Positions 1-10,900 of a stretch of DNA of 64,000 nt are shown here, piece by piece (within the stretch, counting starts at the first letter, position 1; each line of letters opens with the position of its first letter). This stretch comes from a phage: sequence record OZ346205.1; one strand, written 5' to 3'. The translations under genes were made by a program, and so were the position numbers. A model generated the notes under the pieces. The model made no database searches. It saw only the letters and a list, made by a program, of their open reading frames with translations, and had not been told where the DNA came from.

Positions 1-45
1 CGAAAGTAATATAACTTTCCAACAAACTATTTAAGGCGGCGAGAT

Positions 46-732
46 ATGGCAGAGATTAAGTCGGATGTTAACCACATCCACACTCTGCCAGATTTTGTTC
101 AGGGAGGTCTTGACTACCTACCTGGAGATTTTCTGGCTGAGAAGGTTAATTTAGTCACATTCTTAACCGTATACCTTAAAAGGTTGGAGGATGTTGATAA
201 GATGCTGGTAGGTTTGGCTGAAGGAAGATTGCTTAACAATGCCAGCGGAAGATACCTTGACGAAGTTGGTAATCAACTTGGTATTCTTAGGAATGGACTT
301 TCAGATGCTGATTTTCGTGCCACACTAATTATTCAGCAGGCCGCAGCATCAAGGGGCGGGACTCGCGAAGATGTCATCTCCACCTTGCGACAATTGTTCG
401 GAAGAGACAATTTCGATACGTGGAAAGGAGACAACTTCAGGTTTGACATAAATATTAGAAAAACTTGCTTTGACATATTGCAGTCTATCGATCAGATCTT
501 AGATATGCTACCATTGCCTTGTCATTTGCGTCTTACAGAATCGCAAGGGCAAGCTTTTGGTTTTGAAGGGGACTCTACAGCTCTGGGCTTCGGATCAGTG
601 TGGGAAGAAAACCAATTCGGAGTTGGTGGGCTGGCTACTTTGCTATATGTTCCTGACGTAAGACCTGATTGGGACACCACAACCATTTATTGTGAAAGTA
701 TTACAGTAAACGCAACTAGACAGGAGGGTTAA
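46..732 (+). CDS. hypothetical virion-module protein (228 aa)
   Basis: Track ORF; first gene of a co-directional structural block; no motif recognised. Confidence 0.5.
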   Translation: MAEIKSDVNHIHTLPDFVQGGLDYLPGDFLAEKVNLVTFLTVYLKRLEDVDKMLVGLAEGRLLNNASGRYLDEVGNQLGILRNGLSDADFRATLIIQQAAASRGGTREDVISTLRQLFGRDNFDTWKGDNFRFDINIRKTCFDILQSIDQILDMLPLPCHLRLTESQGQAFGFEGDSTALGFGSVWEENQFGVGGLATLLYVPDVRPDWDTTTIYCESITVNATRQEG

Positions 733-2804
733 TGGCAACAGCTGTTTTTAAACCTTACCGTGATTACTCTACAATGGCTGCACAGTTTCATTACCGCACA
801 GTTCAGGATACTGCCGTTCCTGGTAGAGATTATGATCATGTTGAGGGCGATGTAACTATCCCAGTTGGGGCAACCAGTATTGAGATCCCAGTGGAAATTG
901 TTGACAAATTACCCAACAGGTTGCCAAGAAGCTTCTTTATGGAGTTTTCATCAAAATCTCAAGGAGTGATGATTGGAACACAAAGGGCGAAATGTACAAT
1001 AGTTTCAGATGAGAATCTTGACAGGATATCTTGGGATACTGTTGAGGAGAGAATGTTTCACCCAAGATATTGGGTTACAACCACTCAGCAGACTGAAAGT
1101 ACCTGTATTGTTGCAGATAACAACTGTTGTATTAACCGTTTAGTGTCAAGAACATATGGAGGTATGGCTGGGTGCATTTGGGAAACAGTTGACAAGTATG
1201 ACCATTTCGGTATTGGGTTTGATGATCACTATGAGATGAGAAACACCAAGCTTTGGTTCAGAATGTCAATAACCAACGCCAGCAACTTCTCCACTCCTGA
1301 AAAGATGATTATGACTGTAGACCTTGTTGATGGCACAATCATCTATGTTCCTTTAGCTCAATATGCTGTCAGCATCTCAGAGGATAAAAATGTTGCAGAA
1401 ATTCATATTGATTTTGAGGACTGCGTCGGGATGGACCAGAACAACAACATGATGGGTGTTGATCCTCGGCAGGTGAGAAGGATTTTAATACCACTTATGC
1501 CTAAAGACTGGGTAAGTAATAGCACAGATCCAAGAACGGAAAATGTAGAGTGTGAGTTGCGCCTAGATCTGCTTCAGCCAGACACAGGCTGGAAAATGAT
1601 GCAACTTAATAATATCCAGGTGAGAGAGCACGACGTTGGGATCTGCACCGCATATGACGATATGTGGAACGTGTCCCCTTTAAGGGTGTTGAACAATATC
1701 AAGCGTCTGGGCTATACCGGAACCATAAACCATTATGTTGGTATGAGTCATTATTATGACTACACATGGTCAGGAACCCAATGGTCTATAAACAGAACAG
1801 GAGCGCTAAACGCTGCAGCTTATAAATGGCATGATGATTTTATGTACAATGCCAAACGACATAACTTCGACGTTATGCAATCTGTAAGTTTTGAGCTTTT
1901 CAGCGATGCCTGCCCGTTGGAATGGACCCAAAGAGACTGGAACGATAACTACGCTAAAACAGGGTATACACCTTGTAGCTACCTCCTGTCTCCAACCATT
2001 GAAGAGGGTATGAATTTCCTTACTGCAGTATTTAAGAATTTTGCATCAGCCGCTATGAGAAACAACCTGCCAGTGATTATGCAGGTTGGTGAACCGTGGT
2101 GGTGGTACAATACCGATACTCGTAGACCTTGTATTTATGATTACCCTACAAAACAGGCGTTTTATGATGAGACAGGCGAGTATGCATTAGATATTGGGAC
2201 TATTGACGATCCTAAAACTGGCGGTGTTTACGATAAGTATGTAGCATTTTGTCGTGGTAAGCTTGGCGCTCGTATTGCGGCTATTTCAAAGGCAATAAAG
2301 GCACACGCTGCATCAGCTCAGATGACAGCTCTGCTGTTTTTCCCAACCATTATGGAAACCGAGCTTACGCAAAAGCTTAACCTTGCTGACCAATATAAAA
2401 AGGAAGCAGGTGCTCTTGATTTCTTCTGCACCGAGTGCTACGATTGGGTGATGCAGGGAGGTATTGAAAAGGCAAAAGAGTCTGTAAACATACCTATCGT
2501 TAAGTTAGGTTGGCAACCGTCTGAAATACAATACCTTGCAGGGTTCGTTCCTAGTAAAGAGCTTGCTCCGGTATATGGTTACGACCCAACCAGGAATTAC
2601 CAAGAATTTTTATGGAGATGTATTTGCGGAAACATGGCAACTATAGAGTATAGATATCCTGAGGTAAAACAGTATGTGTGGGCATACCCGCAAGTAATGT
2701 CTGACAGCATCACTGTTACCGCTAGAGATTCTACCGTGCTTCATATGGGGCAGGTTGCTCTGAAAGGGTATGTAGAAGATGTTGTCCCGCCAGACTTCTC
2801 ATAA
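732..2804 (+). CDS. hypothetical structural protein (690 aa)
   Basis: Track ORF; start overlaps upstream stop (ATGA-type coupling); no motif recognised. Confidence 0.55.
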   Translation: MATAVFKPYRDYSTMAAQFHYRTVQDTAVPGRDYDHVEGDVTIPVGATSIEIPVEIVDKLPNRLPRSFFMEFSSKSQGVMIGTQRAKCTIVSDENLDRISWDTVEERMFHPRYWVTTTQQTESTCIVADNNCCINRLVSRTYGGMAGCIWETVDKYDHFGIGFDDHYEMRNTKLWFRMSITNASNFSTPEKMIMTVDLVDGTIIYVPLAQYAVSISEDKNVAEIHIDFEDCVGMDQNNNMMGVDPRQVRRILIPLMPKDWVSNSTDPRTENVECELRLDLLQPDTGWKMMQLNNIQVREHDVGICTAYDDMWNVSPLRVLNNIKRLGYTGTINHYVGMSHYYDYTWSGTQWSINRTGALNAAAYKWHDDFMYNAKRHNFDVMQSVSFELFSDACPLEWTQRDWNDNYAKTGYTPCSYLLSPTIEEGMNFLTAVFKNFASAAMRNNLPVIMQVGEPWWWYNTDTRRPCIYDYPTKQAFYDETGEYALDIGTIDDPKTGGVYDKYVAFCRGKLGARIAAISKAIKAHAASAQMTALLFFPTIMETELTQKLNLADQYKKEAGALDFFCTECYDWVMQGGIEKAKESVNIPIVKLGWQPSEIQYLAGFVPSKELAPVYGYDPTRNYQEFLWRCICGNMATIEYRYPEVKQYVWAYPQVMSDSITVTARDSTVLHMGQVALKGYVEDVVPPDFS

Positions 2805-2816
2805 TCAGGAGATAAA

Positions 2817-3857
2817 ATGTCAAAACCTAGTTTTCCATTAGAGATTTGGGCAGAGGAGGATCAGGTTCTGCCTAACACCCACAGACAGAACAGGCTACGC
2901 CCGATTGATGATTTGTGGAGAAAAGGTTGGGATCTTGGTCAAAAGCCCTCATGTGAAGAACTTAACTATATTTTCAATATGCTCGGGACTTGGGCAAAAT
3001 ACATCGCTGACGAGCAGATCCCCGCTCAAGAAGGCCGTTATCTGGTACGTGATAATAACTTGAGTGATCTTTTGAACATTCCTGTTGCCCGTAGAAACCT
3101 TGGGATTATTACTAAGGAAGAGGCAGACGCCAGGTATGTAAAAGTTACAGGTGATACAATGACAGGCCCATTGGGTTTGCAACGTATCAACTTTAAAGCT
3201 GCCGAGTCAGATAAGGCTTGGATAGAGACAACTATTGGCCCAGATAAGACAACTCTCGACTTTGGGTTAAGTGATAATACCGGGTCGTTTGATGATGGTG
3301 GTACATCTACAGTGGATGCGTTCCGTTGGAGATTCCAGCCAACTCAGCCGGATATTAATCCAGAGTTCACTTTGATGTACCTTAACGCGATCACGGCTAA
3401 CCGTGCGCTGTTGAAAGTGGTAGGCAATGTTGAAGTTGTCGATAACATGAGGTGCAATAACCTTACTATCAGCAATACAGCGACATTCACCAACTGTAAT
3501 GTGGCTAGTCAGTTGACGGCTGGGTCAGTGTATGTTAATGGTGGTGCAAGTTGTGACAGTATGGTTGTAAGAAGCCAGCACTGTGTTGTCGGTAACAGAA
3601 ATGTGGTTCGCTCTGTGAACGGAGTGACGGCTAACGGTAACGGTGATGTAACGATCACTATCCCGCAGACAGGTGTGCAAGACATCAGAATCGGTGCAAG
3701 ACTTGTGGACGGAGTTTCTGAATCTCCAATCCGCAACGGCTACGTTGTCACAGGCTGGCATTTCGGTGACAAAAAAGAGATGCGTGGTTCAACCTACTGG
3801 GCAGGACCTTTACAAAAACTTGTAAATGGTCAATGGATCACTGTTAATTATGCATAG
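2817..3857 (+). CDS. tail fibre / receptor-binding protein, paralogue 1 (346 aa)
   Basis: Shares N-terminus (P..IWA..D.VL.NT...GW) and C-terminus (KLVNGQWIT.NYA) with the ORF at 4872-5915; divergent middle; RBS GGAGA upstream. Confidence 0.6.
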   Translation: MSKPSFPLEIWAEEDQVLPNTHRQNRLRPIDDLWRKGWDLGQKPSCEELNYIFNMLGTWAKYIADEQIPAQEGRYLVRDNNLSDLLNIPVARRNLGIITKEEADARYVKVTGDTMTGPLGLQRINFKAAESDKAWIETTIGPDKTTLDFGLSDNTGSFDDGGTSTVDAFRWRFQPTQPDINPEFTLMYLNAITANRALLKVVGNVEVVDNMRCNNLTISNTATFTNCNVASQLTAGSVYVNGGASCDSMVVRSQHCVVGNRNVVRSVNGVTANGNGDVTITIPQTGVQDIRIGARLVDGVSESPIRNGYVVTGWHFGDKKEMRGSTYWAGPLQKLVNGQWITVNYA

Positions 3858-3871
3858 ATCGGAGGACTAGC

Positions 3872-4456
3872 ATGAAAATACTTCAAGAGTTTAAACTTTA
3901 CCAACCGGGATCTGGCGAATACCGCACCAACAAGGAAACCAAGGAGCTGACCCCTCAAGAGGTTGAGGATTACACAGCATACACTGGGTATTTTTTACGT
4001 AATGATGATGGCGATTGGTATGTGCAGTCACGAACATTACGACAAGAAAATCCGGGGTGTATCTTCCTACTTGTTGACGAGAAGGGAATTCTTAAGACAT
4101 CTACAGAAGAACCTGATGCCTTATGGCCTGCTCCAGGTCTTCGTGTGGTTATCGCCAAAAAAGAAGAGGTACCAGAAAACATTATGCTTCACCACGACGC
4201 TTTGCGTTTAGTTGGTGATGAATTTGTCACAGACAATGAATTCTTTGTTCAACAGGCAGAGGGTGTCATAGAGACAGAACTTGCTTGGGCTACTGCTAGA
4301 ATTGGTGCCTATCAAGACATGATTGACCTTGAATATGATCTTACTGATGACCAGAAACGTAACATCAGAGATTTGAAAATGTACAGGGTAAAACTTCTTG
4401 AAATAGATACATCTAAAGCCCCTGACATTTTCTTCCCGGAGCGACCTACCCTCTAA
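3872..4456 (+). CDS. hypothetical protein (194 aa), possibly fibre-associated
   Basis: Track ORF between the two fibre paralogues; function inferred from position only. Confidence 0.45.
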   Translation: MKILQEFKLYQPGSGEYRTNKETKELTPQEVEDYTAYTGYFLRNDDGDWYVQSRTLRQENPGCIFLLVDEKGILKTSTEEPDALWPAPGLRVVIAKKEEVPENIMLHHDALRLVGDEFVTDNEFFVQQAEGVIETELAWATARIGAYQDMIDLEYDLTDDQKRNIRDLKMYRVKLLEIDTSKAPDIFFPERPTL

Positions 4457-4467
4457 GAGGAGGTGTT

Positions 4468-4782
4468 GTGGAGTTGGATTTGGCGGCATTGTACGGTATC
4501 TGCATGGGTACCGTTGTCCCGATCTGTGTATGGGCTTTCAACCAGTGGCACACCAAATGGAAAGGCATTTCCAAGAGGTTGGATGAACTGGAGAAAGACC
4601 TCATCTTAGTGAAAAACAGTATGGTTACAAAAGATAAACTTGATTCCGTTATCGAGACCCGGTTAAGTAAGCTAGAGGCCGATATTAACGACCTTAAGCA
4701 GGATGTCAGGACAGATGTCTCCGGTATCCGAGCTGATGTACAAAAGATTTTGCACATGCTCGTAGAGCATAGTAAAAGGTAA
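4468..4782 (+). CDS. hypothetical membrane/coiled-coil protein (104 aa)
   Basis: GTG start after RBS AAGAGGAGG; hydrophobic N-terminus then a charged heptad-like segment. Confidence 0.45.
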   Translation: MELDLAALYGICMGTVVPICVWAFNQWHTKWKGISKRLDELEKDLILVKNSMVTKDKLDSVIETRLSKLEADINDLKQDVRTDVSGIRADVQKILHMLVEHSKR

Positions 4783-4871
4783 ACAAAGGTCAGAACGGAA
4801 AGGACTCTGTTCTTGCATTTTGTTCCCTAAAGTGTTAAAATAGTCCTAAGGAATTTTCTCAGGAGAACGTG

Positions 4872-5915
4872 ATGACTAAACCAGTTATCCCTCTTGATAT
4901 TTGGGCCAATCAGGATGTTGTGCTTGAAAATACGGGAGAGTTGAATAAGTCTCAACCAAAAAAAGAAGAGAGATTGAAAGGTTGGGATATGACACAAAGA
5001 GTGGCATGTGAAGTTGTTAACTTTGAACTTCACATGCTTTCTGCGTGGTTGAAGCATTTAACAGAAGATGTTGTCCCAGGATGGGATAATAGATTCTTAA
5101 GGGTCACTAATAATCTAGCAGACGTTCCAGACAAAGCTGCTGCACGTCAAGTTCTCAATGTATACTCACCTGAAGAAATGGACGATCTATATGTTGACAA
5201 GTCTGGAGACATAATGACTCAGACTCAAACTTTAGGTCTTCAAAGAATCGAGTTTGCATCTGCGTCAACAGACAGTGCGGCAATATATACCACCATAACT
5301 CCAGACAAGACGACGATGGATTTCTGGATTATGGACAACATCGGTGGTGCTGACGGCACAGACCTTGATGATCCTTCTCACCAAATAGATGGGTTCCGTT
5401 GGAGATTTCAACCTTCTGGTGGGCAGCCTGTGTTTTCAGCTATGAAGCTCAATGCTATAACTGCCAACCGTGCAAGACTGGCTATCCAAGGAAATCTTGA
5501 ATGCAACGATGCAAAAAGTTCCTCTGCAAATGCCAATGCGGTCACGATACCAAGAGCCACTGTTAATGGACAACAATCCTGCGGAAGCGCTCAAATAGGT
5601 GGAAGAGTTGATTGTAACGATGAAACCGTCAGGGGCCAATATGCAACAGTTGGTGGAAGAAACGTGGTCCGCAGGGTAAATGGTAACGGCGCAGACAGTA
5701 GTGGTAACCTTACTATTCCTATGCCTAGCAGAGGGGTTGATGATGTAAGGATAGCAAACCGTTTCAAAACCACCTACAGAGAGTCAAGAGTCTACCCTGG
5801 ACATGTGATGTGCTCTGGTAACTACGCTTATAAACACCCTTATCAAGGTGATTACTGGACAGGTGCTATCCAAAAACTTGTAAATGGTCAATGGATCACT
5901 ATATCTTATGCTTAA
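4872..5915 (+). CDS. tail fibre / receptor-binding protein, paralogue 2 (347 aa)
   Basis: ATG at 4872 after AGGAGA; conserved termini shared with 2817-3857. Confidence 0.6.
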   Translation: MTKPVIPLDIWANQDVVLENTGELNKSQPKKEERLKGWDMTQRVACEVVNFELHMLSAWLKHLTEDVVPGWDNRFLRVTNNLADVPDKAAARQVLNVYSPEEMDDLYVDKSGDIMTQTQTLGLQRIEFASASTDSAAIYTTITPDKTTMDFWIMDNIGGADGTDLDDPSHQIDGFRWRFQPSGGQPVFSAMKLNAITANRARLAIQGNLECNDAKSSSANANAVTIPRATVNGQQSCGSAQIGGRVDCNDETVRGQYATVGGRNVVRRVNGNGADSSGNLTIPMPSRGVDDVRIANRFKTTYRESRVYPGHVMCSGNYAYKHPYQGDYWTGAIQKLVNGQWITISYA

Positions 5916-5926
5916 AAAGAGGGTAA

Positions 5927-6193
5927 ATGAAACTAACTCAGTTTTTATGGGGACTGGTTGCGGCATCTGATGACCCTACGAAAGTATCCCAAACTAAGCT
6001 ATGGTCGAACATAGGCATGGCGGTGATGACTGGGGTGTTTATTCATATGGGGTATAATGATACGCTTCCTGAATGGTATGCGTGGATATACGCGCCTTCA
6101 GTAGCTTGCCCCCAGCTTATTAGCAAATTCATCTCGCTCCGGTGGGGTTGCCAGCACCCTGACCACGTTAAAAACGAAGAGCAAAAAGCTTAA
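5927..6193 (+). CDS. hypothetical protein (88 aa)
   Basis: Track ORF with RBS GAGGG upstream; no motif. Confidence 0.4.
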   Translation: MKLTQFLWGLVAASDDPTKVSQTKLWSNIGMAVMTGVFIHMGYNDTLPEWYAWIYAPSVACPQLISKFISLRWGCQHPDHVKNEEQKA

Positions 6194-6202
6194 GGAGAAA
6201 TC

Positions 6203-7948
6203 ATGGCGCAAGACATGACAAGCTTTGAGCAGGCGGTAGATCAAGTAATTGTTGATTCTGAACGTTTGCACCTGATTGTCAACGGTAACGCTGTGGATGA
6301 AGTTGTCGTAGAGGATGGGACCACCATCCCTACGGTACGAAAAGCCATGCTTGACACCCTTTATTTTAAAACGCCACCGATCCCTTGGGCGTATGGTGCA
6401 TCCACAACAGTTTTTAACCAGCTGTACGAGTTTAAAGGGGACACAGGCCCTCAGTGGTGGTACGCTCCCGCAGCATCAAAATCTAACCCGGTTAGAATGC
6501 CAGCAGATCCTTCACAATCTCCAAACTGGAGATTATATACCGATTCTGCAGTAATGGCAAAATACTACGCAAAACTTAACAGTCCGAGGTTCGAAGGTGA
6601 CCCGCGAGTACCTACGCCTCCAATGGACGACAAATCCGAGTCTATAGCAAACACAGAGTTTGTTGTTGACTATGTGGATAGCATATTTGAAGCCATGGAG
6701 GGAATGAAAGTTACTGTAGGGTCTTTGGTGGTAAAAGGTCTTACAGAACTTGCTAACACTATAGTTGGTGGCACACTCACCTTACATGGGCCTGTTAATG
6801 GAGCAGATTCTACTGCACGCTTCAGGAACCTAATCCTCACGGCAAATACTTCTACACTTACTTTTGCGTGGAGTGATCCTAAGCATGCAGACTGGAGAAG
6901 CACAGAGCTGCAACCTCATGAAGTGTCCACCCACAGGGTTATAGCTGACACTATAACTTCTGGGAAACCAGTGGCTAATAATAACGATGTGCATTTTGAT
7001 GGTCTAGGTAATAACTTTTTTGACTACGTGTACATTCGTGGTAATGCCATGAAGGCAGCAACCGAACCGACATTGCAGGTAGATGGAACCACCAGGGTTA
7101 AGAACCTTGAGGTGACAGGCACTGTTACAGGGATAACATACTCTGTCGATGGCACCATGATCTACCCTAGCTATATTGAAAGCACGGGTGATGCATTGAT
7201 AAATGGCGATTTGGAGGTTGGCGGGTCTGTAGTTATTCGAGGTACAGCCTCTATCCAAAATATAGCTCTGAATACTCTAAGAGTCAATGAGCGTGCAACT
7301 TTTGAAGGAGAAGGGCTTACAGCCAATAAAGGTACAATTACCGAGCTGACCACCACCACTTTAACTGCAACAACTGCAAACTCTGAAAACTGCAACATTA
7401 CCAGAAACTTGCAGGTAAATGGAGATGTTAGTTTAAACGCCGCAGGGACTGGCACCACCTACCTTCACAATCTTGAAATATCCGGCACAGTGACCGGATG
7501 GCTGCCAGACTTCTCTAATGTCAACTTTGTCTGTAATGGCATTAACTCCAGTGGTAAGATAACCACCTCTCAAGAAATTGAGGCTGGTAAAACCATCACT
7601 GCCCCTACTTTCCACGCAGGAAAGGTAGATTTTGACTTAGAGGAGGTTGACGCGTCCAGTGGGACATGGACACCTAACGGGCAGGCCAGTATGTATGTTG
7701 TCCACGCTAAAGGGGATTTTACAATAGGTCAGTGGCCTGGGACATCAGCGGAAGATAAACCTTATCCATTCACTGCAGTTATCTATGTCATTCAGGATGC
7801 TGTAGGTCACAACGTGACTTTGCACGATAAGTATGCTATCCTGTCGGCAACACCTGTTATTAACAACAGGGCTAACAGTGTTACCTTGCTGCAATTAACG
7901 TATTGTGGTGTTGGTGATATTGTAGACGTAGTAATTGCACAACGTTAA
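6203..7948 (+). CDS. tail fibre / spike-like structural protein (581 aa)
   Basis: Long Thr/Gly/Asn-rich repetitive beta-type sequence typical of fibre shafts; position in the fibre module. Confidence 0.55.
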   Translation: MAQDMTSFEQAVDQVIVDSERLHLIVNGNAVDEVVVEDGTTIPTVRKAMLDTLYFKTPPIPWAYGASTTVFNQLYEFKGDTGPQWWYAPAASKSNPVRMPADPSQSPNWRLYTDSAVMAKYYAKLNSPRFEGDPRVPTPPMDDKSESIANTEFVVDYVDSIFEAMEGMKVTVGSLVVKGLTELANTIVGGTLTLHGPVNGADSTARFRNLILTANTSTLTFAWSDPKHADWRSTELQPHEVSTHRVIADTITSGKPVANNNDVHFDGLGNNFFDYVYIRGNAMKAATEPTLQVDGTTRVKNLEVTGTVTGITYSVDGTMIYPSYIESTGDALINGDLEVGGSVVIRGTASIQNIALNTLRVNERATFEGEGLTANKGTITELTTTTLTATTANSENCNITRNLQVNGDVSLNAAGTGTTYLHNLEISGTVTGWLPDFSNVNFVCNGINSSGKITTSQEIEAGKTITAPTFHAGKVDFDLEEVDASSGTWTPNGQASMYVVHAKGDFTIGQWPGTSAEDKPYPFTAVIYVIQDAVGHNVTLHDKYAILSATPVINNRANSVTLLQLTYCGVGDIVDVVIAQR

Positions 7949-7996
7949 TATATCTAACCGCTCCTGACGGGGCGGTTTTCTTATCTGGAGAACACA

Positions 7997-10900
7997 ATGC
8001 TTCCAATCCCTTTGCTAAAACTTGGTCGTCATTTCCTCGATAAGAGGGGTGGAATTAAGGAACTTGCTGTTCTGTCATACCCAATAGACAACAGTGATGG
8101 TACAAGCAACACAGTATCCTATGTAAATAGCTTGGCTATACTTTTTGATGATGGTCAGCTTAATATTACGGGCTATAACAAGTTCGGGGAGTGTCGCACT
8201 GGGGATCGTAACCCTATAAACTACCCAAGCGAAACAGCCTGGAATGTTGATCATGTGTGGAGAGCAGACCGTGCGTTTGTGATCCGGACTTTTGATAACC
8301 AGTTTTTCTACATCGGCTGCACTGCAGGTCTTATCGGATCCACTGCGGCAGGCGGTAATGATGTTTGCGTAAACGAGTGGACACCTCTTCCGGAACAGAT
8401 TGTTAAAGGGTTGCACCTTGACACCCACCCAGAGCGCCTTATTGAGGTGATGGGTGGTATTAACAACACTGTCTGGGTTATTGCAGAGGCAGAAGGCACT
8501 GGCATACTTAAACTATATGGATCTGGTAACAACACCTACGGATCTTTGCATGTAGATAAAAATCAGCATGCAACCCCTGTAAAGATTGGTGAGACATCGG
8601 AAAATCCGGAAACAGGTCCTTGGAAAAACCCAAGCATCAACTGCGAGGTGCATGACAACTCTGTTATTTTCGGTGGTCCTAGAGGCTTCTGGATTGCTGG
8701 ATACGACTTTCTAAGAAATAACAGTAGAAACGACCTTGTTTGGCCTCCTGTGCAGATTACTCGTAACGATTTGAGGGGCATTCCTGCAGATGAAGAGTGG
8801 AAAGGGTTTATGTGCGGTCCTAACGGGGCAATAATTGCCACACAGAGGATGCACAAACCAAATGACCAGCAGCTTGTTAACGTATTCTACGGGCAAGACG
8901 TTTGGGGAGATGACACGTGGCGTTCCTTAAATATCACCTACACCCATGAGGTGATAATGGCTCGTGGATACGGCACAAGTGGCATTTTCTTCAATAATGG
9001 CACTAAACAGTATCGTGGATTCTCTCGCAACTTGTGTAATGATATTGGTGCACAATCTGCAAACAATAGCCCTAGGGCTAATTTTATCCACTATCAGGCT
9101 CTTGCTACAGCTAAATATGTTGAGCAACGCCTGCCAGTTAGCTGGACAGAGAGTGTTTATTTCCAAGGCATCCACAGGGAAGGTTTCTTAGGAACCTTTA
9201 CTGTTGTTAATGGCAAACTTTGGTGGTCAGGCATCCCAAGGGGGAGTTTTGCAGGATCTAACAACCTCTTTGGCGGCAGACTTAACAGCCAAGGGTTCAC
9301 AGAGATTCCGGAGAATTGGTATAAAAATGTCCCGGTAGATAGCTGGGGTATCGAAGACATCTTTGATGTCAATGGTGTGAGCAATGTTAGCAACATTTAC
9401 ATCGGAGATACTGTCAAGATGAAATTGAAACCTCAGCCGGAGGGTGCTACGTTCATTATTGACAAGATTGAGTTGGTAAATGCTGCAGGCACTGTTGTTA
9501 CAGATGCAAACTATCAGTTCTCCACTAACTGGAACCATGGTGGTGCTAACGAAGTTGTGGTCACCCAGTATAACCGTAACATCAACAGACGTGGTTTGTA
9601 TTCTATCAAGATCACCTACCATGACAAGCATGGCACTGGAAGAACCTATACGACAAGAACTTTGAACTGGAACACTATAGTTCCTGCGTATCCGTCCAAC
9701 GGCAAGTGGCATACCGTTGGTAGAAACAAGCAGTTCCATGTTAACGATACTGTATACTTTGGGCTGAATGGGACCCAGCCTGCAGTAGAAGGGGATACAT
9801 CGTATATGGTCAGACTCCACAGAATGGATGCTGGATCAGTCACTTATGATGTGACCCAAGAGATCTACGATCAAAGACGTGCCACGTATGACAATATTGT
9901 AAAAACACAAGCCTTGTGGGAGTTCAATCCTAATGGCAAGGGTGGTAAAATGTTGCAGGTTAATGAGCAGAACGGAACGTCGTTGACTGTTCACGAACAC
10001 CCAGACCCTTGGCCTGATCCTGGAAAACCTCGCCCGGGAGCTCGTACACTGAAAATTGTCAGCCATGATGCAGGATATTTCGGAATACGCTGGGAAGCTA
10101 CAGTAAGATATGTCGACGGGACAACAAACAACATAGGGATTACACTTGGCGGCACTAGTGAAGATAACTCGCTGAAAATTGCCTACACGCCCAGAGGTAT
10201 CTCTATTGATAGTATGGATGTTGTTCGCAATGGCTACGGCGATGTGAATGTCAAAGTTACTCTTGGCGAACATCTTGGTGGGGAAAGGATCATCATGTAT
10301 ACCTTTGATCATGATCCACGCACCAATGGAACTTATGCAAATCAGGCATGGAGTTACCTGATAAATGCACCTGAGCCGAATACTAAAGAGTTCTACTATG
10401 GTATGAAGCGAGATGTGTGCAAGAAAACAGGAACACATGACTGGATTGCTATCTGCGTTAAAGATGAGCGCACAGCTTGGGATGAGCCTGTTAACAGATG
10501 GTTCATAGGTATTCCTACCAGAAGTGATAAGTATGTCGCAGAATATATTGTATGCATGGGCGGTACCAACCTAAACATGTGTTGGAACGAAGATGTAAAC
10601 AAATACTCTGATTATGACTATATGAGGGATTACTCTTGTAATTTGTGGTTTAACCAAACTACAGGTTACCCTCCAAGACAGGCGAGAGTAAACCCTGCAA
10701 TCTTCACAGACACGCAGGTTTTCTTGACAAAACAGGCCAACGAGGTTCAGACCTTCAAGAATAAATACGCTCCTAACAAGTGGTTCTACAACTGTTACGG
10801 CGCATTTTTCTGGGGACCTGGTGAGTTACCTGGTGGGGGATCTTGCTTGAATGAGGCAACTTACGCAAGTGACTACATCATGGGGCAGGTCAAGAAGTAT

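Noticed and set aside
2817-5915. Diversity-generating retroelement targeting the paralogous fibre C-termini
   Set aside because: No reverse transcriptase gene and no template/variable repeat pair with adenine-specific mismatches was seen; the conserved C-termini are better explained by paralogy.
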